From positions 1-38,733 of the forward strand of contig JACOVM010000072.1 in the NCBI GenBank assembly GCA_016177345.1: 38,733 nucleotides of DNA, written 5' to 3'. Origin of the DNA: Candidatus Woesearchaeota archaeon. Its GTDB lineage: Archaea; Nanobdellota; Nanobdellia; Woesearchaeales; UBA12501. Shown one piece after another: positions 1-9,344 of the stretch (its first letter is position 1; each line of letters opens with the position of its first letter). The notes under the pieces are model-generated. The model did no database searches. It was not told the DNA's origin and saw nothing but the letters and a program-made list of their open reading frames with translations. The translations under genes were made by a program, and so were the position numbers.

Positions 1-342
1 AAGGTTAAAAAATGTTCCACCAACCCTGAAGTCGGTTCCTCGTAATGTTTCAGCATTGACGGGATAAAGTGCATCTGGGCCGACAGTAGCAACCCCTGTT
101 TGGGTATGAACCATGTATGGTCGTACATAGCTGCCATTGTGATCCTTGCCAAATTGACTGTTTGCTCCGAAATGCTCAATCATGTGGTCACTTGTTCTAT
201 TATGTACATCTGCAGGAACATCATTTTTAGCATAAACTGCGCAAAATTCAGTTTCTGTATCGAGAAGTCCTTGCATCTTCGGGTCTTCTCCTCGTACAGG
301 TGATTTTCCAAAATGCAGGTCTATCCTTTTGGTTAAGTCCAT
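1..342 (-). CDS. Hypothetical protein, N-terminal part only (runs off the left edge)
   Basis: ATG at 342 preceded by GAGGA; frame MDLTKRIDLHFGKSPVRGEDPK... is open to position 1. Not in the ORF track because its stop is outside the window. Confidence 0.7.
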   Translation of the reverse strand, partial: MDLTKRIDLHFGKSPVRGEDPKMQGLLDTETEFCAVYAKNDVPADVHNRTSDHMIEHFGANSQFGKDHNGSYVRPYMVHTQTGVATVGPDALYPVNAETLRGTDFRVGGTFFNL

Positions 343-540
343 GGTATTCCTCAAAAGCGATAGCAACTGAGTTGTATTTAAACCTTTGTCATGGATGGGC
401 TTGAGCCGGGAGGTAAAAGAAGTACGATGCAAGGGTTGGCTAAGCGTTAGCGATGGCTAAGGTTTATAATAAACCCTATTTCAGAATCACTCATTTTAGT
501 AGCTATCCGTAGGTTATAACACATTGTAAAACGGAGCACC

Positions 541-1236
541 ATGGCGCAGATTATTGAGATAGGCACATATCATGATGACCAAGAAGGGCCGAGTAGGCTG
601 GAAAGAACACTTACAGAGCTTACTCCAGACATCGTGATCTGTGAAGGTTTTCAGGGTAAGCTGGATGGCCATGCAAAGTATATAGAAATGCTTACTAAAG
701 CGCTAACGAAAAGCGTCGCTTTAAGGTCAAAGGCTAAAAAGGCAAAGGCGAGAAAATGGCTAGATTATGAGCGTACTGCTTCTTATGAAGGGCGGGTCTC
801 TAAGGGATACTGTGCTTTGGCTGGAAAAAGATTCATCTGGTTTAATGATGCAGGAAAAATGGTTAGTGATGAAGAGCGAGCGTTGAATGTTCAACGAGCT
901 GTTGCTTTCTTTGGTAAGGAAGATCCAGATAGAATAATGAGAGTTATGTCAACACAAGCTCATCGTCTCTATCATGCATTGAACCTCGCGTTTAACTCTT
1001 CAGATCCTTCTCCAGAAATAATTCTTGCTGATCGCGTTCCTAATTATTACAGTAATAGTATGGTTGGGCCACGAGATGAACACATGGCTAATGCGCTAAA
1101 ATTAATTGTAAACGAAAATCCTGATACTAGGATAGTGGCTGTTGTTGGCTATTTCCATCTTCTTCGAGATCCACGACAGCTCAGTTTCTACCAGCGAACA
1201 AGCGAATTGAATCCGGAACGGCGCTTGATAGCGTAA
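541..1236 (+). CDS. TraB/GumN/Tiki-like superfamily protein
   Basis: Motifs in the expected order: IGTYH, PDIVICE, RDEHMANAL, IVAVVGYFH. Confidence 0.55.
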   Translation: MAQIIEIGTYHDDQEGPSRLERTLTELTPDIVICEGFQGKLDGHAKYIEMLTKALTKSVALRSKAKKAKARKWLDYERTASYEGRVSKGYCALAGKRFIWFNDAGKMVSDEERALNVQRAVAFFGKEDPDRIMRVMSTQAHRLYHALNLAFNSSDPSPEIILADRVPNYYSNSMVGPRDEHMANALKLIVNENPDTRIVAVVGYFHLLRDPRQLSFYQRTSELNPERRLIA

Positions 1237-1283
1237 TCTCAACAAAAAGCTTAACAAAAACAATCCAAACGATCCTTAAAACC

Positions 1284-2774
1284 ATGCTTCGCAGAACATT
1301 CCTCAAAGCCGTAGCTGTTCTCCCTTTTGTAGGTTTACCTAGTGTTGGAGAGGCAAAGCCTAAATCTCCTCAACCTGATTCACTTAGGTATGACGTTTCA
1401 TACCTCTGGCATCCTGATCTTGAAGCAGTGTTGGATTATCGCGAGAAGGTAGAAGAACTTCTCGGCCCAGAAGTAGCGCGTGAGCTTCGCATTGTAGTGG
1501 GGCGAAAAAATTATGGCCTCATCTACGATCGCAATGGCTCGCAAGAAAGAGCAGCAGCTACAGCAAAGCATCATTCGAAAATTCTTAAAGCAGCTGACTT
1601 AGAAGCAGCTCTTGAAATGAGGGATGAAGGATATGACTACTTGTATAATGTGAGCTATGGCCTTGGATCAAATCTTGCTCAGTTAAAAAAAGATTTTGCA
1701 ACGGTATCACGAGCGTTTGGCGTGGAGGTTGGAAAGAACTTATTCATCGAAGAGGCTGGCGAGAGCAAGTACATCTTGGTGTATCATCGTTACGGGCGCC
1801 GTGAGTCTGCTGGAGAAACTGCCAAGAAACACGCAGCCATCCTTCGAGAGCATGGCCTTAGTGCTGCCATTACCCCAGAACAAAATAATTCTGCAGTGCA
1901 TGACCTTCGCGGCATGACTAACGACGAGCGAGAAGAGCGAAAGCCAGTACAGCCTGCACCATCTCCTCCTCGGCCATTGCCTGCTCCCCGGCCAACTGGT
2001 GGAAATCTCGAGCGTCTTGTTGAAGAGATTGTTGCGGGCTATCGAAAACGGCATAAAGATGCTGCCGATGAAAGGACTGCATGGTGTGTTTATGATTTCA
2101 CAACAGGACAAAAGCTTGTTTCTATTAATGAAGATGTTCCGATGCAGTGTGCCAGCATGGTCAAGCCGCTGGTGGCGTTAGCTTATTTTCATCAGGTGAA
2201 TGCAGGAAAACTTCATTATGGAAAAGAGGCTCGCCGAAAAATGGAACGTATGATCCAGAAAAGCGACAACGCGGCAACAAACTGGATTATTGCTCAAGCA
2301 GGCGGTGAAAAAAGAGTTGATGGCATTATCGAAGATTATTACCGGCATATTCTTCCGCAGACTGATGTTCGTGAACGCATTCCAGCTGGGGGAGCAACGT
2401 ATCGCAATAAGGCTTCAGCGCATGATTACAGCCGTTTTCTCTACGCGCTCTGGCACAACCAGATTCCTCATGCTGCGGAGATTCGGCGATTGATGGCATT
2501 ACCTGGGAGAGATCGTATCTACAGCGGCGTTCCAGAAATCCCACCAGGAACTGAGGTGTACAATAAAACAGGAAGCACAGCCAGGCTTTGTGGCGACATG
2601 GGGATTTTAGTTGCTGATGGAAAACAGAGGCGAGAGCATCCTTACATCTTGGTTGGAATTATTGAGAAGGCCTCACGAACAAGAAACTATGGTGCATGGA
2701 TTCACGATCGTGGAAACCTTATTCGCCGAGTGTCTGGAGCGGTATACCAAGACATTATGAAAAGGCATAGCTGA
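1284..2774 (+). CDS. Secreted serine hydrolase, class A beta-lactamase/PBP fold, with two N-terminal SPOR-like repeats
   Basis: Twin-Arg-like signal MLRRTFLK; SxxK (CASMVK), SDN and KTG motifs; two similar ~85-aa repeats; Pro-rich linker. Confidence 0.8.
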   Translation: MLRRTFLKAVAVLPFVGLPSVGEAKPKSPQPDSLRYDVSYLWHPDLEAVLDYREKVEELLGPEVARELRIVVGRKNYGLIYDRNGSQERAAATAKHHSKILKAADLEAALEMRDEGYDYLYNVSYGLGSNLAQLKKDFATVSRAFGVEVGKNLFIEEAGESKYILVYHRYGRRESAGETAKKHAAILREHGLSAAITPEQNNSAVHDLRGMTNDEREERKPVQPAPSPPRPLPAPRPTGGNLERLVEEIVAGYRKRHKDAADERTAWCVYDFTTGQKLVSINEDVPMQCASMVKPLVALAYFHQVNAGKLHYGKEARRKMERMIQKSDNAATNWIIAQAGGEKRVDGIIEDYYRHILPQTDVRERIPAGGATYRNKASAHDYSRFLYALWHNQIPHAAEIRRLMALPGRDRIYSGVPEIPPGTEVYNKTGSTARLCGDMGILVADGKQRREHPYILVGIIEKASRTRNYGAWIHDRGNLIRRVSGAVYQDIMKRHS

Positions 2775-2862
2775 ATATCTTCTGACTAACAAACCTTTAA
2801 ATACCTCGCGGTAGTTTTCTTCTATTAGTTTCGTGTTTGCCTATGCCTGCTGATCGTATCAT

Positions 2863-3618
2863 ATGGACCTTTCCGAACTTGAGACTCTTGGGCCTGAGGA
2901 GCGCATTAAGCAGATTCAGGAGCTGGAGATTACGAAGAGGACTGAGATTCAAGTTCTCCATCAATTGCTAGCTGAAGCTCTTGCTGAACTGAACATCAAG
3001 CTCGAAAAGCAGAGGCTTCCTATTGACCAGTTGAAATCAGCCCATATTTCTAACCTTGTTTCTGAAGAAGAGCGGGAAATGTTTCGGCTAAAGCAGTTTG
3101 TTGTAAAGGCAAAGCAAACTGGTGAAGAGGGGGTTGCTGATGCTGATACGTCTAATCCTGCCCAGCCAATCCCTGTTGGCTTGTCTCGTGCTGAAGAAAA
3201 ATTGCTGGAACAAACCGTTATGGAAGAACAGCCTTTTCGAAGGCAACGGAGAAAATCATCGACATCTCAATCGTCAGCATCTTTTTCAGAAGAGTATCAA
3301 GCACGTGAAGAAGCAGTGATTCCACAGTATGACAAAACACTGTCTTCTGCTTCAGCATCAGCCTCAAGCTTTTATCAAAGCCAGCAGAGCCAATCTAGCC
3401 ATGTTATGTTTATCCAGGGCATTATTGCTCTTACTGATCTTGATTATCGGCTGGGGAAAGAGGAACGATTGAGTGAAAAAGACCTTTCCGAGTTTTACAA
3501 GATCAAAAAAGACTTTGAAACAGCGCGGCAACAGGAGTTTGTTGGCGTTAATGAGCAACTGCAGTGCCAGATCGATATTGGCGAAAAACTTATAAATAAA
3601 ATCCGCTATAATCTCTAG
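2863..3618 (+). CDS. Hypothetical helical/coiled-coil protein
   Basis: 251-aa ORF; TTTAAATA upstream (~2796); stop lies 1 nt before the next gene. Confidence 0.75.
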   Translation: MDLSELETLGPEERIKQIQELEITKRTEIQVLHQLLAEALAELNIKLEKQRLPIDQLKSAHISNLVSEEEREMFRLKQFVVKAKQTGEEGVADADTSNPAQPIPVGLSRAEEKLLEQTVMEEQPFRRQRRKSSTSQSSASFSEEYQAREEAVIPQYDKTLSSASASASSFYQSQQSQSSHVMFIQGIIALTDLDYRLGKEERLSEKDLSEFYKIKKDFETARQQEFVGVNEQLQCQIDIGEKLINKIRYNL

Positions 3619-3619
3619 T

Positions 3620-5770
3620 ATGATCTTTAATGACCGGGAAGGGTATAATTATGGGCATTCTCTCGATCGTGAATATATCGGAAATGCTTCTCCTGAGTTC
3701 GTGAGTGGTTATAACGGTGGCACGACAGACTTGATGCAGCAGCCAATAGGCGAGCCATGGGGGGATAACGCGCTCAAAAAAATGGAAGTCAAGGCAGAGT
3801 TCGGCTCTGGAAAAGAGCCTGGCAGGGCGACACTCACGACTCGCCAAATTGGCCAAACCATTTCTGAAGGCCGCGGGCTTGGAACGTTTATTGAGAGCCT
3901 TCCTGCAGCAATCCGAACTGGCGCGAGCAGCGTCGAGCTTTCACTTAATGCAGGAGAGATGGGCACTGGCCCTGATTTCTACACGAAGGAAAAATTACAG
4001 GAAATCAAGGACATTGCAAAGGCAAACCAAATCGAGCTTGCCTCTGTTCACACGCCTGTTCAAGTTGTTGGAAACATGTCTGGCTTTGACCACCGTTCTG
4101 GATTTAGTGACGAGACACGCCATATTCAAACGAATGAAGTTAAGAAAGCAATCCTGTTTAATGCAGAGACAGCCGAGGGGGGTGCTGTGGTTGTTCATAC
4201 TGGAGAATTTCAGCGAACCATGTTTGACAAGCCATGGGCAAAAGACCAGAAAACTGGGGAATACCTCTTCAAGGCATATGAAGAGGAGCCAGAGAGGTTC
4301 ATTGCTTACATTGTTGACGACAGAACCGGCCAGATCATTAACACGGTAAGGAAGACCCAAGTGGTGTATGAGCCAGTCTATCAAACAGCAAAAGACCTTA
4401 AGATTGTTGGTGAAAAAGACCCATCAGGCCATAGCCTTCATGAAGAGGATTGGGTGGACATTGAGGGGAGGTGGATTGATCCAAAAAATCTTGATCGATT
4501 GTTTGATCGTGTTCCCATCTGGGATCCTGAAAAGACCCAGTTTAAGGTTCAGCAGCTGACATGGGATAATTTTGTCGAGCGCGCCCAACGCTGGAATAAG
4601 CTTCACACAGATGAGATAGCTCGGGATCCAAGCCAAAGAAAGGTTCCTGAAGAAATGTTCATCCAGACCCAATTGGAAAACCGCGAGCTTCAAGCGCGAG
4701 GCTCTTCCTTGTATCACGCAAAATATTATGAGCTGCACAAGGAATCGTACGAAGCATTGAGGGAGGCGCTAAAGCATTATGAAGACTTGGATAAAAGCCT
4801 TCCGGAAGATGAGAAATGGAAGCTGCTTCGCCCCCACCTTCCTGCGCGTATCGGTTCTGATATTGTCCCTCCGAAGATGGTTCCTATCCCGGAGATGATC
4901 AAGCTGGAGCTTCGCCGTTCTCGTGATGAGATGAGGTACACCCATGAGGCCTCTGCTGCTGCTGACGCTCAAGCAGCCCAGACAAGAGAAGACATGAGGC
5001 ATATGGAGGCTGTTGAAAAATATGCGCTTCAGAAGTCAGCAGAATCATACGCCGAAACTGCTCTTTTTGCTTATGATACCACAAAGGCGAGAGGGTTCAA
5101 GCGGCCTATTTTTGTTTCACCAGAGAATATCTTTCCAGAACACGGATATGGCTCTCATCCCGAGGAGCTCCGGGAGCTTGTTGAAGTATCTCGCGAAAAG
5201 ATGGCAGAGCACCTCATGGAAAAAAGGCACATGAGTGAGCACAGGGCTAAAAAAATTGCGGAGCAGCACATTAAGGCAACGCTCGACACTGAGCATATTG
5301 GCATGTGGAAAAAACATTTTCAGCGTCGAGAGGGAGAGGGGGAAGATGCGTTTACTAATCGATTTAATTCCTGGTATCTAGATCAGGTAAAAAAACTGGA
5401 ACGGTCAGGTGTTATTGGCCACCTGCATATCGCTGATGGTTTTGGATATGGTCATGCGAACCTGCCGCCAGGCGCCGGTACCTTTCCTGTTGTTGAAGCA
5501 GTGAATTACCTTAAATCCAAAGGGTATAAAGGGGCTTTCCTGTCAGAAGGTTATGGAGATGCGCCGCGCATTCTCACCCAGGCATGGAAGGCGTTTGGCA
5601 GCCCAATCTATTCTGCTATCGGCCCTATTCGCCCAGCAACGCCGTTGGGCGCAAGATTCAACGATGTACAATATGGATACTTTGGAAGAAATTTCCCTCC
5701 GAACTACATTTTTGGCGCGTATTCTCCATCAAACGAGTGGACCCTGTGGAGCCAGACACCGATGGAATGA
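3620..5770 (+). CDS. Xylose isomerase/AP endonuclease 2-like TIM-barrel protein with a large insertion
   Basis: Metal-ligand motifs in order: VEL, SVHTP, VVHTG, PENIF, TLDTEH, HLHIAD, HANLPPGAG, LSEG; ~300 aa inserted between VVH and EN. Confidence 0.8.
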   Translation: MIFNDREGYNYGHSLDREYIGNASPEFVSGYNGGTTDLMQQPIGEPWGDNALKKMEVKAEFGSGKEPGRATLTTRQIGQTISEGRGLGTFIESLPAAIRTGASSVELSLNAGEMGTGPDFYTKEKLQEIKDIAKANQIELASVHTPVQVVGNMSGFDHRSGFSDETRHIQTNEVKKAILFNAETAEGGAVVVHTGEFQRTMFDKPWAKDQKTGEYLFKAYEEEPERFIAYIVDDRTGQIINTVRKTQVVYEPVYQTAKDLKIVGEKDPSGHSLHEEDWVDIEGRWIDPKNLDRLFDRVPIWDPEKTQFKVQQLTWDNFVERAQRWNKLHTDEIARDPSQRKVPEEMFIQTQLENRELQARGSSLYHAKYYELHKESYEALREALKHYEDLDKSLPEDEKWKLLRPHLPARIGSDIVPPKMVPIPEMIKLELRRSRDEMRYTHEASAAADAQAAQTREDMRHMEAVEKYALQKSAESYAETALFAYDTTKARGFKRPIFVSPENIFPEHGYGSHPEELRELVEVSREKMAEHLMEKRHMSEHRAKKIAEQHIKATLDTEHIGMWKKHFQRREGEGEDAFTNRFNSWYLDQVKKLERSGVIGHLHIADGFGYGHANLPPGAGTFPVVEAVNYLKSKGYKGAFLSEGYGDAPRILTQAWKAFGSPIYSAIGPIRPATPLGARFNDVQYGYFGRNFPPNYIFGAYSPSNEWTLWSQTPME

Positions 5771-5799
5771 TGTATCAGCTCTGTTCTGCAGTGTCATAA

Positions 5800-5960
5800 A
5801 AATCCGCTGAAAGCGCCTACCTTGAGCTGGCTGATATCGCGAAATCAGGGGCGATATCATCTATCGCGGAGAAAAGATGGCTGTTGATGAGGTGAAAGAA
5901 GCACTTGCATTTGCTGAACAGCTCCGCAAAAAATTGTCAGTGGTGTTTTTGAAAGAGTAA
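5800..5960 (+). pseudogene. Possible HEPN-domain remnant
   Basis: SAESAYLELAD, then in a shifted frame YREIRGDIIYRGEKMAVDEVKEALAFAEQLRKKL*, resembling the HEPN C-terminal R-x4-Y helix pair; no intact start. Confidence 0.35.
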
Positions 5961-5971
5961 CTTTTTTGGTG

Positions 5972-7234
5972 TTACATGGTTGGTTTAATCTCTTCAACTT
6001 TTGTTCTATCATCACATTGAGTAACTAAGTGAAATATTTGATCTCCTTCAAGCTTTTGATGATATACTATCGCACAACTAAAAGGACTATTCTCACTATG
6101 AGACAAGAATCCTTCAGGAACAGAAAAGCGATAATGAATCCCATTTAAACCTACACTAAACATTTTTCCTTTAGGATTAACCTTCCTTAATCCAATGTAT
6201 TCTAAGGGTTTGCTTCCCTCAAAAAAATATCTTTGAAAACCGATTCCCTCAGCAACATGAGCGTTTATAAGTCCACCATCATCATGATAAAGAAAGACAG
6301 TCCTTGCTCTAAACTCAACTTCTGCTTCAGAATCGGCATAATGGATACTTGCCACCAATTTTGATTTTCTTCCATTGTCATCAATAAGGCTAATTCCAAC
6401 ATTCCCGTCTCTTCCAATCTTTACTTTATGTCTCCCTTTAATTATCACTAAACGACCCCATTTGTTAAACTCTTCTGGATCTTCTTGCCATCTCCGTATA
6501 AGATTCTGAGTAACTTCTATCCTATATGCCTCATAGTCAAAACTTTCAGACGCCTCATACATTTGACTAGCTTTCTCTAATCTTTTACTTTCTGTATAAT
6601 CAGGAGTTCCAGTTGAGGTAAGAATTAGTCTTTTAGAAAGATCGAAATGATAAACTTCTCCCTCATGGTGGACTGATAAAAAGATAGTCGATGCACACCA
6701 AGTTGGAATTGATGCGTTGGTATTACAATACCTAATTCTTCTTTTTTTATCTATTTCATCAATAAAAACACCAGAGCAATTATCCAAGATTCTCTTCCTT
6801 AATTCACGATAGGTAAAGTACTCTTTTGGGTGAAAAGCTGATGTCCGTACAATCTTTCCATCTGAAGTCCAGTTCACTTGTGCTTCTTTGGCAGTCAATT
6901 CAATTTTAGCATCTAAGAATCGTGGTGCTGGTTTGGGGAGATAGACTGATGTACCAGAGACTCTACCAACACGAACAGAGTATTGCATCAATCCTGATTG
7001 CCTATGGACGTGCCCTCGGATTCGCTGCTGTAGCAACCCTTCCAGTATGATGCCAACCCGTTGAAATTGTTTGTAGTTGGTATTTCTCAGAATATACTCT
7101 AAGGCATCAATAAGTTGGTTCCCGACCATAAGTCCAGTTTGATCAATAACTGCTTCATGGAAATCTGAACAATATCTCTTCATTCCTCTTCTTTTGACTT
7201 CACGCAATATTTTCTTTTCTAATGAAGTGGCCAT
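5972..7234 (-). CDS. Hypothetical basic protein, AT-rich relative to neighbours
   Basis: 420-aa ORF; GAGG SD; TTTATAAA upstream (~7272-7279); no motif recognised. Confidence 0.75.
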   Translation of the reverse strand: MATSLEKKILREVKRRGMKRYCSDFHEAVIDQTGLMVGNQLIDALEYILRNTNYKQFQRVGIILEGLLQQRIRGHVHRQSGLMQYSVRVGRVSGTSVYLPKPAPRFLDAKIELTAKEAQVNWTSDGKIVRTSAFHPKEYFTYRELRKRILDNCSGVFIDEIDKKRRIRYCNTNASIPTWCASTIFLSVHHEGEVYHFDLSKRLILTSTGTPDYTESKRLEKASQMYEASESFDYEAYRIEVTQNLIRRWQEDPEEFNKWGRLVIIKGRHKVKIGRDGNVGISLIDDNGRKSKLVASIHYADSEAEVEFRARTVFLYHDDGGLINAHVAEGIGFQRYFFEGSKPLEYIGLRKVNPKGKMFSVGLNGIHYRFSVPEGFLSHSENSPFSCAIVYHQKLEGDQIFHLVTQCDDRTKVEEIKPTM

Positions 7235-7288
7235 TGTTTATTTCCTCAATGGTCATGTCCACCTTTGGTTGTTTATAAAACTTCCCCG

Positions 7289-8116
7289 TCACTCATTTTC
7301 TTCCACTTTCCTGGCAGTCTCATTTCTGACAGTCTCCTCCAGCTGGCTGATAATATTTTCAAGAACAGCCCAGGCCTGCGGATCGATGGCGATACCATAC
7401 TTCCATGACACTTGTTGGATCGCCAGGAATCGCGCCCGATAGTTGTCGATGATCCAGCCTAATCCATTCCACTGGTTCTGCTTTGCCGACTCATCATGCG
7501 CGTCGATAGTGTCTTGCAATTCAATAAACGCAGCAAGCTTCGTTTGTACTTCATCAAGGGTCCCATATATGACAAGGTAAGGTTGTTTCTTTGCCTCATC
7601 ATCCAGAAAGGTCTCTCCTGATTCAAGAAGGTAGCCATCATCTTGGGTCGTGATGTTCAGGACGACCTGGTCAGCGACTGTTGGATGAACAGGATCAAGA
7701 ACACGGCGAAGCGTCAGCGATTCGCCAGTATTGAGCACGTAAAGATCACCTGTCATCCGATCTTCTATCAAATAATCATTATACAGCATCTTGACAGGCT
7801 GCTTGCAGATCCTCTCCAGATCGCTCTTCAAGAGCTGATACAAGTCAGAAGGTGGCGGAGGTGAAGGTCCATCATGGTGCTCAAGCTCCTCCTCTTCAGG
7901 CTCTTGATACGATCGCACTGCTCTTTCCAATGTTCTTTTCCAATCTAACCTGCCTTTCTTATCTGGCTGCTTTTCATCTTTTTGGAGGGCCTGCTCTATT
8001 GTGGCAGGGGGAGAAGCAGGTAGCGGAGTTTCAGGAGTGGGATCTTGCCTCATGGCAGCATACAGTGCAGCAAGACCGGCTGCCCCCATGCAAAACGCTA
8101 ATTTCTTGTTAGTCAT
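7289..8116 (-). CDS. Membrane-anchored hypothetical protein (paralog of 22660..23493)
   Basis: Start moved to ATG 8116 (MTNKKLAFCMG), ~24 nt after TTTATATA; N-terminal hydrophobic helix; shared block PPxLYQxxKxxLERIxKxxVxxLYxDY...TGD. Confidence 0.8.
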   Translation of the reverse strand: MTNKKLAFCMGAAGLAALYAAMRQDPTPETPLPASPPATIEQALQKDEKQPDKKGRLDWKRTLERAVRSYQEPEEEELEHHDGPSPPPPSDLYQLLKSDLERICKQPVKMLYNDYLIEDRMTGDLYVLNTGESLTLRRVLDPVHPTVADQVVLNITTQDDGYLLESGETFLDDEAKKQPYLVIYGTLDEVQTKLAAFIELQDTIDAHDESAKQNQWNGLGWIIDNYRARFLAIQQVSWKYGIAIDPQAWAVLENIISQLEETVRNETARKVEENE

Positions 8117-8210
8117 GAAAAGGAGCAAAAAGGAGGTGTATATAAACCTTGTTCTTGACAGGGCAGAATGAACCGCAATATTAATAACGTTTGTGTGGTG
8201 TATGTTTCTC

Positions 8211-9035
8211 ATGCCGACCTATCGCTATCCGCTGCTGTATGGGGACACGAATCTTCAAGATGTCTTTACCTATCTTACCGTCTCATTTGAGGCTCTTTTT
8301 GTGCTGGAAGGAATAAAACCAGGCATCAGAATTTCTGTTCCGGAACATCGCTTATATGATGTTAAAGCATTCTGCCAAGCTCATGGCTTGGTGATGGATG
8401 TGTCAGAGTTTAAGGTTGTAAACTCTATAACTGGGGACAAGCAATTTGCGAATCTTGGGTATCGCATCAGAGCAGATTCTTCAATAAAGGGTGACGTTTT
8501 TGCTTATCTTTCCTTGCATGCTGATTGGGTGAGGGCTGCAAAAGAGGCTGATGCAGGAAATGATCATCGAATGTTTGGCATCGAGCTTGGCTATCCGTCC
8601 TGTTGTGTGTCATTCTACGAACGCCATGCACGGGAGGAAATGAAGAAAGAAAATGATTATATCTTGCCTCTGCTGAGAAACTCGGCATCCTTCTTTTTTG
8701 AAAATAATATTATCCCCCGGTATTTTGACATTGGGGTACTAAGCCATTTTCCCTGTTCTTTCGGCTGCAAGGAATCGAGGGATATGGCGCGGCAGCTTCT
8801 TGCTATTGTTGCCAGGTATTCTGAAGGGCTTGCCTCTTATGTGGCAGGAATTCTAAGAATACCTGTGGTGATGACGGAGCATGATGGGGCCCATCTTCTC
8901 CACCATTCGCAGGCAGATGGGTACACCATGAGTTATGGTGGCGTCCAAAGCACAGTGGCAAATCGCCTTCATTACGATCTTGAGCGGCAAAAATCCATAC
9001 CTTTAAATAATCCAAATCTTATTCTTTTCTCTTAA
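8211..9035 (+). CDS. DUF483-like Cys-rich protein, copy 1
   Basis: LGYPSCC and SHFPCSFGC motifs; ATG 8211 is ~24 nt after ATTAATAA. Confidence 0.65.
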   Translation: MPTYRYPLLYGDTNLQDVFTYLTVSFEALFVLEGIKPGIRISVPEHRLYDVKAFCQAHGLVMDVSEFKVVNSITGDKQFANLGYRIRADSSIKGDVFAYLSLHADWVRAAKEADAGNDHRMFGIELGYPSCCVSFYERHAREEMKKENDYILPLLRNSASFFFENNIIPRYFDIGVLSHFPCSFGCKESRDMARQLLAIVARYSEGLASYVAGILRIPVVMTEHDGAHLLHHSQADGYTMSYGGVQSTVANRLHYDLERQKSIPLNNPNLILFS

Positions 9036-9043
9036 CAAATCCA

Positions 9044-9217
9044 ATGACAATATCAATGGTTTTAAAGGATACCAGAGGATATACCAAAGCAGATTTGCTC
9101 TCAGCAATGGGGTATGCGCATATTCAATATAGCTATTATCTTCTCCAGCCCCCAGTGCATTATCTTGGGCTTCAAGGATTACGTTATTTTGAAGATCTAG
9201 CCAATGATCAGAGTTGA
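9044..9217 (+). CDS. Small Tyr-rich ORF (57 aa)
   Basis: MTISMVLKDTRGYTKADLLSAMGYAHIQYSYYLLQPPVHYLGLQGLRYFEDLANDQS; starts 8 nt after the upstream stop, same strand; below the track cutoff. Confidence 0.4.
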   Translation: MTISMVLKDTRGYTKADLLSAMGYAHIQYSYYLLQPPVHYLGLQGLRYFEDLANDQS

Positions 9218-9273
9218 CAATACCGATTCCAAGATTCACGCGATTCAAGCAATTAATTAGCAAGATAGATTGT

Positions 9274-9330
9274 AAAATAGAATTCATTATAAAATAGAAT
9301 TCAAAAGCAAATAGAAGCAAATAGAATTCA
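9274..9330. repeat. Short direct repeats AAATAGAATTCA (3 exact, 1 partial)
   Basis: Copies at 9275, 9292 and 9319, partial at 9309; directly upstream of the GAGGTGA SD at 9335. Confidence 0.8.
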
Positions 9331-9344
9331 AAAAGAGGTGAGGT

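Noticed and set aside
5800..5840. Three in-frame TGAs suggesting stop-codon recoding
   Set aside because: TGA is a normal stop elsewhere (e.g. 2774, 5770, 10319); a frameshifted remnant explains it more simply.
9003..9320. 105-aa minus-strand ORF
   Set aside because: Starts in low-complexity repeats, is antisense to the cluster and overlaps the upstream gene's end; the plus-strand 57-aa ORF fits better.
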